A stretch of DNA of 62,727 nucleotides, filler included, from Rhabdomonas costata (Eukaryota): NCBI GenBank assembly GCA_019059605.1. It is 46 parts of 46 records of this genome, joined end to end, with 100 filler letters (N's around TTAATTAATTAA, not from the genome) between each part and the next. Parts side by side here need not be neighbours in the genome. Positions count along the whole stretch, not along the records: positions 1 to 1,267 come from JAHMHO010021329.1; positions 1,368 to 2,634 come from JAHMHO010021330.1; positions 2,735 to 4,001 come from JAHMHO010021331.1; positions 4,102 to 5,367 come from JAHMHO010021332.1; positions 5,468 to 6,733 come from JAHMHO010021333.1; positions 6,834 to 8,099 come from JAHMHO010021334.1; positions 8,200 to 9,459 come from JAHMHO010021335.1; positions 9,560 to 10,825 come from JAHMHO010021336.1; 38 more parts are not named here. One strand, given 5' to 3'. This document shows positions 1 through 11,786 of the stretch, in pieces. A program made the position numbers and the translations under genes. The notes under the pieces are model-generated. The model saw nothing but the letters and a program-made list of their open reading frames with translations. It searched no databases and was not told the DNA's origin. Position 1 is the stretch's first letter. Every line of letters starts with the position of its first letter.

Positions 1-1267
1 GTGTTTTTTGATCTTTAATTATGTGATTTGTCATATAAAATGTACGAATGGAGGAGGGATTTGGGGTGAAGTCGTCGTGTCGTTGGTGTCTGCATCTGTA
101 ATTTGTCTAGCATTTGCATAACTGGTGCTTGCGAACAGCGAGAAATCATCCAGTATTGTCCATCGCAGCGGGCAATGCTGCCACCAGTCCATTGCCCCGG
201 CCTGGGGAGAATAAACATACAGGCTTATGTACAGGGATCAAGGAAGGTTTTGGAAAAAGGGAGGGGGCACTGGGTCATTGTAGGTCATTCCAGTGGCACA
301 GCGGCATAAAATCTTCGTAAAAAACCGCAATCCCCACAGAAAGGACGCTGGGAAGGAAAAGATTTTTTTGGTGGTGGTGGGGGGGGAAGAAGATAAGGTG
401 GTGGAGGAGGAGAGGTTGACACCTTGGGTTGGCGGGCCCAGCCGAACGGCAGACCGACTGCCACAATGAAGAGAAACAAGAGGCGCACGAAGGGATCTTT
501 CGCAAGATATGAGTTGGTACACGCTTGCCGAAGTGGAAGCACCTGAACCGGCTGTCCATCACTTTTGTTCCTCTGCTTCATGATGCCGCAGCTTGGACGT
601 AGAGGTGATGAAGACAGGCTGAAAAGTCCACATCTGTCAGGGACTCAGTTCGTGGTCAGCAGATGGTAATCTGAGTTCGTTCAAAGAGCAGAAGTCGACC
701 TCCACAAGAGAAGACCTCCTCATATAGCCTGAAGTCTTTCCATTGGATGACCTCTTTAAGGGGAAGGTCTTGCAGAGGAAAATCCGATTTTTGAGTCGGC
801 GTCAAGTGGCTCCTGTAAATCTCCCTTTGGGGGTCCAGAATCAGGGCTTGGCGGATGTTGTCGTTCCAAAAATTGATTGGTCCCCTTGGCCACATCCGTC
901 GTGGACTCAGCGGTGCTTGCTGCTCTGTATGGAAGAGACGGAACCACTGCAGGAGTACGCCTTTTCGGTCTGCCATTGAGCGACTGGGGGCGGGGGGGGG
1001 GAAGGCGATGGCAGGTCTTGTATATCTACAAGAAATATGAGAAGAAAAAGATTCACGCCAATGCGATTCTTGCTTTAATGCATCTGCTGCGTGTGAGCCA
1101 GCATATATCAGTCACGGATCCATCCATTGGGCATCCATTGCACTTGTTTGGGCTGCACTTCCGGCTCATGAGCTAATCTGCGAAGAGTGTTCTTCGCTTC
1201 CAGAACAGCCTACTCAGCTGCTATGAAATCGGCGACGCTCTCGATTCGATTCATGTTCTCGTACTGA

Positions 1268-1367
1268 NNNNNNNNNNNNNNNNNNNNNNNNNNNNNNNNN
1301 NNNNNNNNNNNTTAATTAATTAANNNNNNNNNNNNNNNNNNNNNNNNNNNNNNNNNNNNNNNNNNNN
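1268..1367. other. Artificial contig-joining spacer (first of 45 identical spacers; N44-TTAATTAATTAA-N44)
   Basis: The same 100-nt block recurs about every 1366 nt. TTAATTAATTAA puts stop codons in all six frames. Flanking sequences are unrelated. Confidence 0.99.
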
Positions 1368-1667
1368 CTGCAATCCGTTGCAGTCCGGATTCCGTCGAAC
1401 GCAGCAGAGCCCGGGGCGTTTAGTGCCTTAAGTGTTCCCCTAACGGGCACCATCTTCCTCCATCTGTCGTCTTCCAGCGCCTTCTGAAACCAGAAGTTTT
1501 CTGCTCAAACTCCAGACATGGCGCCATCAAAAGGTATCAAAAGGTGGGCGACGTTTCGGCAGATTGGCAATGCCCCCCCCCTTTTTTTGCAAAGCAGAGC
1601 TGCAGAGTAAGGTAAGTGGAACTTGCTGAGAAACAACGCTAAGCGCTTCGTTTTCTGTTGTGTGTAG

Positions 1668-2523
1668 GTCCTCTTTTGAACTGAAGAACGTGAACGGCCT
1701 TCTGTGTCGTGTCGACGGTGCCACCGCGTGCGGGGTCAACTTTCATGGCAATCTGGCTCGCCTTCAGTGCCACGGGAACACTCCCCGGCGGCACGAATAC
1801 ACCGTGAAGGGTCGAAGATGGTCTGAGCCTGTCGAAGCCGATGCAACGGCAGCTTCCCCATCTTCCCCAGATATCGAGAGCGCATGGAATGACCACGAGG
1901 CTCGTGGAAACGAGCGTGCAGCACAACAAAAGACCAGGTTCTCTCATTGTCTTCTGTGCTTCGGGTGTGGGAGTTTTTGCTGGGCACCGTGGTCAAATGT
2001 AAAGAAGCCCAAGCCCTGGGTTGAACGAGACTGGTGTCCCTGAACTCCCGCGTCTTGCGTTAGAAATAACTTTGAAGCGTGAGTTGACTTGGTTCATTAT
2101 TGGAACATGGAAGGACTGCGGTGTCGTGTTGTTTTTCGACCGAATTGCCCGATGTATTGGCATGTAGCAGCTGCTTTTATCAAGCTAAGGGTGCTGATAT
2201 GCATGAATGCCGTGATGATCACTTTGCTTTACCTTTTCAGTGCGACGGACGTCGAGTCACCCTTGATTGAGGACACTGTGGTGGAGCCAGAGAAGTCTTG
2301 GCCTCAGCCTGCAGAAGCTCCTGCTGCTCCCTCTCCAGACTGGACTCATCGGATCTCCACCCGCCAGTCAGAGCTGACTAGTGAGGGTCCCAACGATCAC
2401 AACGAACGGTCTTGTCCCACCCCGCGCGGAAACTGGCAGAACACCTGCCTCAAGAACATCAGCATTGAGGGCCCCTGTGCTGGACGCTGCCTGTTCAAAG
2501 CCAACTGCGAAGATACTGACCAG
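1668..2523 (+). CDS. Two exons (1668-1937, 2241-~2523) of a protein with a Cys-rich, possibly CVNH-like segment
   Basis: The intron 1938-2240 (GT...TTTTCAG) joins in frame (AG|T = Ser). Exon 2 encodes CPTPRGNWQNTCLKNISIEG...CLFKANCEDTD, which resembles the start of a cyanovirin-N-homology repeat. Confidence 0.4.
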
Positions 2524-3204
2524 GCAATCGCCCCGTTCTGTTTAGCTGCTTGCGCTTTGGGTGGGCATGCAATGGTTCGCTGACGGAAAGTATGACAACC
2601 TACTCCGTTGTGATCATCTTTTGCCAACCCACAANNNNNNNNNNNNNNNNNNNNNNNNNNNNNNNNNNNNNNNNNNNNTTAATTAATTAANNNNNNNNNN
2701 NNNNNNNNNNNNNNNNNNNNNNNNNNNNNNNNNNGTGTGGGTGTGTTTGGGGGGTGGTGTTACGCGAAAACGACACAACACATTGCATGAAAATCAGAAG
2801 CCACCCACCAAAGGTGCGATAGGGACCAATTTGACACTGCGCAATCAGATCTCTTATCACCTGAAGCAGAAGCAGCGAAGAGTGAAGGAAGGGATGGGGG
2901 GCTCCGCCCCTCTTCTCCACCATGAAAGACTAAGCAGCCCAACTGACCATGCCGCTTGATCCCCCTAAGCTCCTTGGGCCAAAAAGACACAAAGGTTCAC
3001 AAAAGCACGACAGGGACTGGGGGCGATACCCCCTTCCTTGGTTCCAGGTTGCACCCTAACGCACTAAGTCTTCCAATCAACCAAAAGAATATGAGCCCCC
3101 CCCCTGCACTGTGCATCACCATCTGTACTAGGACACTGAGGGTGGTGGTGTATAAGAAAGCTTATATATGTGTCCCCAGTTTCGAGAAATGAATTTTCGC
3201 ACAC

Positions 3205-3942
3205 CTGAACGTCATGGAGATAGGTGATCGATGCTTCGCGGTTGTGCTTTCCCACAACAGTCACCAGGCCAGGCTCAACTTGCCTTGCCCCTATCGCAGC
3301 CTCGTGCCGGTCGACATACTGAACATCCACCGCAGTACCGAACTCCACCAGAACTTCTCGCTCGTCGGGATAACACGATAGCTCATGAAGACTGTAGCCC
3401 GACAACCCGGACACCTCATACAGGGTCCGCGGCCCACCCAAAGCGATAAAGTTATTGAGGACACCGGGGTTTGTGGTAAACGAGGTCAGGCTGTAGAAGA
3501 AGATCCGAGGAGCCCCGCCCTTGACGGACTCCTTTTCTCCACATTCCGCTCGGAAAGCCTTCACTCCAGAAACCCGGAATCTCCCCGGAAGGCAGCGCAG
3601 GCCTTTCTGCACCAGCTTGGCGAAGGGCAGAGCGTCGCGGAACCTCGGATGTGCTCTGTTGGTCGTCAGGTGTCTCAGAACATAGCACATCACCGTGCCC
3701 GTATAGCTTCGGATGGCTGCGATGCAGTCGACGCTCACTGCAGCACGGACGTCCATGGAGGCCTTCTCGATGGCCCAGCGGAGGCAATCCTGGAGGCAGT
3801 TCTCCCCATGGGTGCTGGCCGACTTGAAATCAAAAGTGAGGATTCCTCTTGTTGGATGACGAAACTGCACCCCGTGCAGCATTCGAGCAGCTTCGAGCAG
3901 CGGAAGCAGGGGGACTGCGTCGAGAATCGCCTGCAACTCCAT
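3205..3942 (-). CDS. Mono-ADP-ribosyltransferase, R-S-E (ARTC/toxin-like) clade; probably the first exon of a longer gene
   Basis: Ordered motifs AAIRSYT, GLRCLP, AFR131, LTS154FT, RTLYEV and SCYPDE194RE196VL. The ATG follows an in-frame TAG and a TTTTCTCCTTGCAG acceptor. A CAG|GTGTGC donor lies at 3204; the unspliced ORF runs on to 3064. Confidence 0.85.
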
Positions 3943-4641
3943 GTGCTGTTTTTTGAGCTAATGAATGATTACTGAATGCTGCAAGGAGAAAACCCCACAC
4001 ANNNNNNNNNNNNNNNNNNNNNNNNNNNNNNNNNNNNNNNNNNNNTTAATTAATTAANNNNNNNNNNNNNNNNNNNNNNNNNNNNNNNNNNNNNNNNNNN
4101 NTGTGGTTTGTAGTAGTTCGTGAGAAAGGAGGGGGGGGCATGACATAAGGATACCATGTCGATTTTCAGCTTCCGTTTGTCAGTTTTTAAGGGCGCAGCG
4201 CGGTCAGAAAGAAACACTAAGCTTGTTGGCGCAACGGACATTCGGGTGTTGGGGTGGTGGTGAGGGTCACGGCCACCGCATGGAAATGGAAGCGGTATCG
4301 ATTCGATGTCCAAGTTCTCGCAAAGATCGACAGAAGCAGGAAGGGAGGTTTTAAACAGCTGCCTCGCCTCAATGGAAACTCTCGGTTTACACCCGAGCAA
4401 CTCCAGGGAGGCGGAAAAACGGAGGTCCGAAAGTCTATAATGGCTGAAAAAGCCGCGAAAAACGCCCCCGTGCATCGAATAGCCGCGAGAGTGAGCACCT
4501 GCACGACGTGATTGATGCTTCCCCTTCCTGAGCTGAGTGGCTATGGTGCACTTTAGGTGGTTTCAACAATGATTTCTTTTCATCGTTGCTTGTGTTGCGC
4601 CTTTGCCTTAGAAGGTACCTGAGGTACTAAATAACTTTCAG

Positions 4642-4953
4642 GTGGATTCAACGGTAGATCCCACCGGGGCGGTGTGGATGGCGCATGGCCCGTCGGGCTT
4701 CTCATGGCGGGCGTTCACCGGGCTGGTGGCATTCCTGGGCCGTCTGTGGGTCATCGGTGGCTTCAGCGGCCCTGAGACTATGCTGAACGATGTCCTTTGT
4801 GCCCTCGAGCCCACCGCGCCGCGGGGCCGGTGGCTGCGGGTCAATGCTTCGGCCTTCCAGAGTGGCCTGGAAGGTCACGGGGTGACCGTGTTTCGGAATC
4901 AGCTTTGGGCTTTTGCATCCGGATGGGGTGGCCATTCAGAGGTCCTGCTTTGA
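4642..4953 (+). CDS. Kelch-repeat protein exon
   Basis: Follows a CTTTCAG acceptor. R.F..LVAFLGRLWVIGG...LNDV...W and GHGVTVFRNQLW are Kelch-blade signatures. Confidence 0.8.
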   Translation: MDSTVDPTGAVWMAHGPSGFSWRAFTGLVAFLGRLWVIGGFSGPETMLNDVLCALEPTAPRGRWLRVNASAFQSGLEGHGVTVFRNQLWAFASGWGGHSEVLL

Positions 4954-7042
4954 GGAGGATTTTGCTGGTTCTTGTTTTTCCTGTAGACGTCGGAAGCTGG
5001 GTATTTTCTCAATGTTGAGTGTCCAGAACCTAGCGCAGAGCAGCAACATAATTGAGAAGAGGAATTTGGTAAACGCACATAGGCAGGGAAGACCGACGGA
5101 CTGTGTTGGTGTAGATCCCGTGTCATGAGGAAGCAGATATCATATATGTATGTGAACGCGGAACAGGATTCCCATGGAAGAAGGGTGAGAGCGGAGGCGC
5201 TGCCCCCACCCCCCTCCTCTGTCCCGAGGTCGGGTTCCGGCCCAGCCCCGGATAAGGCGACAGGCAGAAGCCTCCCTATGTACAGCAGAGACGGCCAGGG
5301 CGCCACCGCTGCAGCTGAACTCAAGAAGAGGACAAACAGTGGTAACCTTAACCCCTTCCCCCCCAACNNNNNNNNNNNNNNNNNNNNNNNNNNNNNNNNN
5401 NNNNNNNNNNNTTAATTAATTAANNNNNNNNNNNNNNNNNNNNNNNNNNNNNNNNNNNNNNNNNNNNGTGTTTGCAGATGCTCTCCCGGTGCGCTTGGAG
5501 TTGGAGGGGGGGGGTACCATTGGTAAGGGTTACCGGTGGTACCAGCGTTTTCTATTGAGCACGATAATAAAAAAGCGGGTGAATACCCCAGCCGCCCACT
5601 CTTACTGGGCTTCCCCCCTAAACTACAGCTGTCCTACTCCTCCGCCCGCATCCCAGCCATTGTTCAGTCCTTGTTTTTCGGTACTCTGTGCATCATGTCT
5701 TGCTTTCAATTTCCGTCCTTGCGATTAATCATTTTCGAATCGCTTTACTTACAGCCAAGATGTGACAGTTCTATAAAGTATCAAGTGTAGTTCGAAACCT
5801 AGCGCAGCTGTGAATGCTATCAGCATCTATTCAGACAGAGTACTCTGCGCGTATGCCCATGCGAAATGGGATGGGGGCTTGGGCTCATAGTAGGCTCACA
5901 GTTTGGGGCACCTGTTCGGGGCCAGCACTCGGACCCGGGAGCGCTTCGGGGGGGACACCCGGGGAGCCTGAAGGGGAAACGCCATGGAATCGGAGCCGGG
6001 CCCGGTGTCCGCGGTGAGGTCCACCAGGGTGGAATCCTGACGGCTGATCCTCCGGGAGCGACTCCGTGAGCGCGGCGCACGCTGAGGCGAAAAAAAAAAG
6101 AAAAACGAAAAAGAAAACAAGAAAAAGATGTCTTTAGAGGCCTTTAGGCTTGCAGCTGCTTTTTGAAGCAATCAGGGTCTAACTGGCACTGGCAAAAGAA
6201 AAACTCATGTTTGTTGGCACAATGGCAGCGGTCCAAGTGTGACCCGAGGAAACCTTCCAAGCCAGACTAAGCCAGCTCAAACTTCTGACATCTGAAAGAG
6301 ATTGCATCGAATTTGGTTTTCGCATTTCCAGCAAAAAGGCAGGAGTGGTGTGTATATGTAGGGGGAGGGGAAACCTGTGTTCGCCGGGTTTCTCCTCGGT
6401 TGGCACTCTTGAGCCTGGAGCAAAGGGTGCCCAAAAGAAGGGAGACATCCACAAAACATACAGGTGTAGATCACCACAACATTCAAAAAACCAGTCTGGA
6501 CCAGGGAGGAAGGGGCCGTGTGAGTGTGAGTGCGTTTGGTCTGTGAATGCCTCAGCAACAGTAACCAACACCTGAGTTTGCTCTCATATTTTGTCGTGAG
6601 ATGTGCGGGCAATTTTGAAAGCTCCACAGCGGCGACGGACGCCAGAAAGCTGCTGACGCAAATTCGGGCTGAAATCATCCGCACCACCACCACCACCATC
6701 GCCATCTGCACAAAGATGGGCTGCACCAACACCNNNNNNNNNNNNNNNNNNNNNNNNNNNNNNNNNNNNNNNNNNNNTTAATTAATTAANNNNNNNNNNN
6801 NNNNNNNNNNNNNNNNNNNNNNNNNNNNNNNNNGGTGTTTTTGTCTTCAGTCTTGTTCACGTTAATTTGTTACACAAATGGTTTGTAATTTGAAAGTTGG
6901 TCATGACCCCTCTCCGAATTGGTTTTGGATGCAGCATGCGTACTTGTGGTCGAGAACGGTTTCCAGTTTCGGATGAGGTGCATTCTTTTTTGCAACATTC
7001 CCTTGCGATTCCAACCCGCGCTGCCCCTTTTACATGGAAAAG

Positions 7043-7939
7043 GTGTGAAGCTTGAGGATACCCTGTCCGATCTGAAGGCCGCTTATGCGGAGTTCAAGAA
7101 GCGCCGGGAGATGGTGCGTGGGAGCCTACCTGACGCAGCGCAGTCCATCGTGTCCAAGATGAGCAGGCCGCTCACCACGGAGGAGATGATGCTATTCTTG
7201 AAGTGCCCTGTGGACAACATCCAAAAGCACCTCGACAAGCAGCTGCGAAAGGTTGGGTACCCTTCCCCTCCTCATACACACACCTTCAAATGAAACCAAA
7301 CCATACCTTTGCCTGAACTGAGTGAATCCAGAAGCTTAGGGGTTGGAGCTCAGTGGAGCTGGTACGTTGCTTAAACCCAGTTCCTAACTTGAGCTTCCGC
7401 GCTTACTAACTCCTTTCCCTCCCCCTTTCCCCAACTATATTCCCGTTCTTGACGTTGACCAGTATCACTCATGCGTTAAGGCTGGGTGACCTGGGCCCGC
7501 CTCAAAATGGCCATCATAGCCCTCTGCAGGCTTGAATACCGACCGTAAGCATTCGGCCTGGCATACACGTGAAGGCCAAGAAAGAAGCTCAAATGCAGCG
7601 AACCCCGGCAGCAGAATGCTGCTTTCCGTCACCATACGTTTTTGCGCACAGGGTGTTTCCTTTGAGGCCGCCCTGGAGGACCTCGCGCTGAGCGCACAGC
7701 CTGCTCCGGGCTCTCTGGTGACGGCCAACGTGGCTCTTTCTGCGCTGTCACCCACTTCCCTGAACCCTTCTCCAAAGGAGCGACGCCCCTCCGCGGGCCG
7801 AACCTTTGATGAAGCCGCTCTGGAGGGCAGCACTAATAGTGCTAGTTGTGGCAGCAGCAGCAGCACTGACAGCGTCGGGAAGGCAGGCGGGCGAGCCCCT
7901 CGTGGGGCACGAATGAAAGTTGCGCAGAACCCCTCTGCC
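7043..7939 (+). CDS. Two exons of a hypothetical protein (~7043-7251 and 7652-~7939)
   Basis: GC-rich open stretches bounded by AG/GT: a helical exon (KLEDTLSDLKAAYAEFKKRREM...), then a Ser/Pro-rich exon. Confidence 0.5.
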
Positions 7940-9882
7940 GTATGGTTCAGCGAACTCGCCCATACGAGCGTGGTGTGCGACCCAAAGACCCCCCCAAAAA
8001 ACCAAAGGCAGATCCGGAGATCAGTTGTTCCACCAGTTCTGGTTTGCTTCTGTAGAGTTGCTTGCCAATCATCTGCCGTATCTTTCTCGACCCAAAAACN
8101 NNNNNNNNNNNNNNNNNNNNNNNNNNNNNNNNNNNNNNNNNNNTTAATTAATTAANNNNNNNNNNNNNNNNNNNNNNNNNNNNNNNNNNNNNNNNNNNNT
8201 GTTTGGGGGGGGTGGTGCAGGGCGGCCTGCAGGCGGCCCAGGCCAGCAAAGGCGTCCAGGGCGTCCGCCCGGCTCAGCCCCGCCGGAGGGGTCTGGCGCG
8301 GGGGAGGCGTGTCCAGCGAGGGGCACCCCTTTGGTTTTGTCACAGCCGCAGGACCCTAACCGCCATCGCAGCTGGAGGTGATAAGCTGCTAGGAGTCGAG
8401 GAATCCAGTGAGTTCGCTGGCTTGCTGCTGGATCATCCATCCTCCAACCTCCTCTGCCATCTGTGTAATCCTCTGGGGGACACATTCACACCCTCGTTGC
8501 TGGGTTTTCTGTAAAAACAATCCTTCAGGCCGGAAATTGAACTTCCGCTTCTACGGCTCTCTAACTGCTCACTGGATAACTGGTGGTGGGGTAAAGCCAA
8601 AGCCGATATAGCCCCTCCCTCTCTTTTCAAAGTCCGGCCCACCAGATCGTTGCCAGTGTGGGGTTCACGTGCTGCTTGACGCTTGTCCGCAACATTTGAG
8701 AGTTTCTTTCTGCACCCTTTCATAGAAGTGTGTGTTAGGGTCAGAGTCAGGTGTGGGGTTGCCGACCCGGTTTCCCAGCACTCAGACCCCGTTTCACAGC
8801 AGTTGCCTCCTGTCCCGTACCATCCTTAAAGAGTGAGCTGCGCGCGCAGAGACCATGGATGCAACGAGTGTCGATCTCTGGAGGGAAATTCAGAAGCTTC
8901 CGCTCAGTGTCATACACTCCAATGATGATCAATCAGTGGAGTGGAAGGCATTTCGATACAAATGGGGTAAAGTGGAAGGAAGGCAGTAAATACACTTGGG
9001 AACAACTGAAGAGTATCCACCATCTACCATTGAAATCCGATTGAAATCACGCAACTGCCTTTTCGTTGCATTAACGGGATGTTTCCATTTCCGCGACACC
9101 GAAAATTTTCATATTTTAAACTTAACTTTCTCAAACGCATCGAAACAGAAAGTCAGCCAAAAATTGGAGACATCTATCCAAAGAGCTCCCAGAACTTCGT
9201 TTTCAGGCAAACTTTTCGGCAGTCATCAAAGGCAGCGCCGCAATATTAGGGGGCATGGGATCGGGCACAGCCACTCACCTCTAGAAACTCCAGCTGAGAG
9301 GAAGAGCCCCGGAGAGTGGCACCAGAGCTCTGGCCACGGCTGGCTTCAGCACTACAAACATTCACACGTGACCACGAGGGTACAACAGAAAGTGCCCAAA
9401 GTTAAACGCCATCGCGTACCAAACCACCCCTCACCTTCGGACATTTCGCCCAAAACCCCNNNNNNNNNNNNNNNNNNNNNNNNNNNNNNNNNNNNNNNNN
9501 NNNTTAATTAATTAANNNNNNNNNNNNNNNNNNNNNNNNNNNNNNNNNNNNNNNNNNNNCTCTTTGGGGGACATGCTCCGCAGTAAATGGGCAACTCGAA
9601 CCACCCTCGCAAAGACCCAACAAGTCCAGAACTACTGCTGTGCGACGCAACTGGCATCACCCCCACCTCGCTTAACGTAACAAAAAATGAGCGAGAAACC
9701 TTGCAAGATTAAAAATTATGCGCTACATGCTCTTACTGTTCGCTCGCCGAGAAAGGGCACAGAATACCATGTGACTCACAGACATGTGGTTGGGTGTATG
9801 CGAGTCCTCTCGTCTCCAATCTTCAAGTCCATTCATTTGAAAAGCCGCCCATCACCGAAAGGACAGGTGCACGCACGCAGAC

Positions 9883-10219
9883 CGGGGTTGGAGGATCTGC
9901 CCGAGACACCGTCGAGGAAAGCGGCGGTACGGTAGCGCCACCTTCGCTAGCGTCCTCCTCCTCCGAAGCGGCCTCCGAGGGAAGACGCTCACGGCTGCCC
10001 TGAATGAACAGAGACTGCGGCATGAACTTCCGGTACTCCGCAAGGCTCCGCGTCAGCGTGTTGAAGGCCTGCGTCAGCGTGTCGATCTCCTTGTACACCG
10101 AACGGGGAAAGGGCTGCATCTGGACCACGTCCAGGGCGCACAGCAGCTCCACCTCACGGACGAGGCGAACCAAAGGGGCCGTAAAAAGGCTCGCCAGGAG
10201 AATAGTCAGCACGGCCGCT
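9883..10219 (-). CDS. Exon encoding a TM helix plus HAMP-like linker of a receptor-type (class III nucleotide cyclase-like) protein
   Basis: After a TCCTTGACAG acceptor: hydrophobic VLTILLASLFTAPLVRL, then SVYKEIDTLTQAFNTLTRSLAEYRKFMPQSL. This is the HAMP-to-cyclase linker pattern of protist receptor cyclases. No cyclase domain is present in the contig. Confidence 0.65.
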
Positions 10220-11088
10220 CTGTCAAGGAGCAGAAGCTAAAATAAGTTACAACCGATGGTCGCCAGAACGAGACCCGGTGGAACTATAGCATGCAGCGGA
10301 TTTTCTCTGCTGCCACACACAGAGGACGCAGTTTGGGAAGCGGTCGCAAAGGGTCAGTTGAACCAACGCGCCCTCTCCTTCCCCTGCCCATCAGCAAATG
10401 GTGACACCACATGATGACACCGCATTCCACTGAACTTCGTTTTTATATTTTCGGGCAGATCCCAACGTTGCGGCTTTCCTTCCCGCTACTTCACAGCAAT
10501 ACAGCAAATCTGGATTTGGATGATTGGGACAGCAACCCGGGAACCGCGTGAAATGCCAAGCACAGGCGTACCCGACAGTCACCAGGCCCACCAGCCCGAC
10601 GGTCAGCGGAAGCCCTTTGTTCACCATAGAGGTCCACGAGGCAGCGTTCGTGCCCACCACCATAACCCACTGCAGGCCCTAAAAAACCACCCCATCACCA
10701 AATAAAAAAGGATAGGAAGCAAATTGGCCCGAAATTAAGACCACACGTCTAAACGGGGCGGGATTCTCGGCACCGAGTTCTTCAACTCCGCCCCTGAACA
10801 AAAACCACCACACACACCCACCACANNNNNNNNNNNNNNNNNNNNNNNNNNNNNNNNNNNNNNNNNNNNTTAATTAATTAANNNNNNNNNNNNNNNNNNN
10901 NNNNNNNNNNNNNNNNNNNNNNNNNGTTTCTTTTTTCTTTTGAAAATTTCTCTCTTCCAAAGAAGCCATAACATGAGTTATATCATCCTTTGCCAAGTGG
11001 ACCTGCCCCTGTCGAATCCATCATGCAATTTCTCACCGCCACTACTAGCTGTCCCTTTATCCAAACCCAAAGCCCAGGCCTTCTCCAG

Positions 11089-11786
11089 TCTTGGGGTGCA
11101 CCAACTGGACCGTCGTTGTGGTGGGTCGCGACGCTCGCTCCCGCCCCGAGCTGTGCGGGTTGGCCAGCCTGGGGTGGTGCGTGGCGGTCGTGGGACAAGG
11201 GCCGAGCCCCCCGCGGGCGCAAAGAGGTTGCTTCTGGATAGACCCTGATCAGCACTTCAAGCTGGCGGTTTGCAGTCGTTCCACTCCGTTTCGTGCAGTT
11301 TATTGTGCAGTTTATTGCTAATGCTAGCGTCCCTTCGCTCCATGTCTTTCATTCCAAACCCTCTGGCGTGAAGCAGCGATTGAGAATTGGGCGCCAAGAG
11401 ACTGGAGGGGAATGGAACCACCATTCCAGAGAAATAGTTACCACAGCCTCGGAACTACTTTTTCCTTTGTGTAATGAAAAAGAAATATGCCGAGAGATTG
11501 CGTGACCGATTGCTGTCGATGCGATGATTTGGTTGACCTCTTTGTGAGCATGCATTCACCTCATTCGTGTTTTTTTTCTGCGTATCGTTGCACATGGATT
11601 AGTTTGGATGATCCCTATTCACAGAGCACCCAGGCTTGGTCGGCACCTCTAGGAGCGAGCCACTCTCGCAGCAGGATGCTGGGCTACCTCTTCGCCATAC
11701 GCAGAGGGGCCCGGCTTATCCTGGACCTCTCTGCAGAGGCTGCGGTCTGGCCTGCCACTGCGGACCTGAAGTCTGCCATTTTAGAT
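11089..11786 (+). CDS. STELLO/DUF288-like glycosyltransferase-related protein, exons 11089-11267 and 11625-11786
   Basis: Phase-0 GT-AG join gives NWTVVVVG...LASLGWCVAVVGQGPSP...FWIDPDQHFKLA|STQAW...SHSRSRMLGYLFAIRRGARLILDL. This matches the STELLO pattern W.VV...LAS..GW..VV...RK..GYL(F/Y)AI..GA..I.D. Confidence 0.7.

Noticed and set aside
3385-3975. 196-aa plus-strand ORF
   Set aside because: It is the antisense shadow of the ART gene and has no recognisable motifs.
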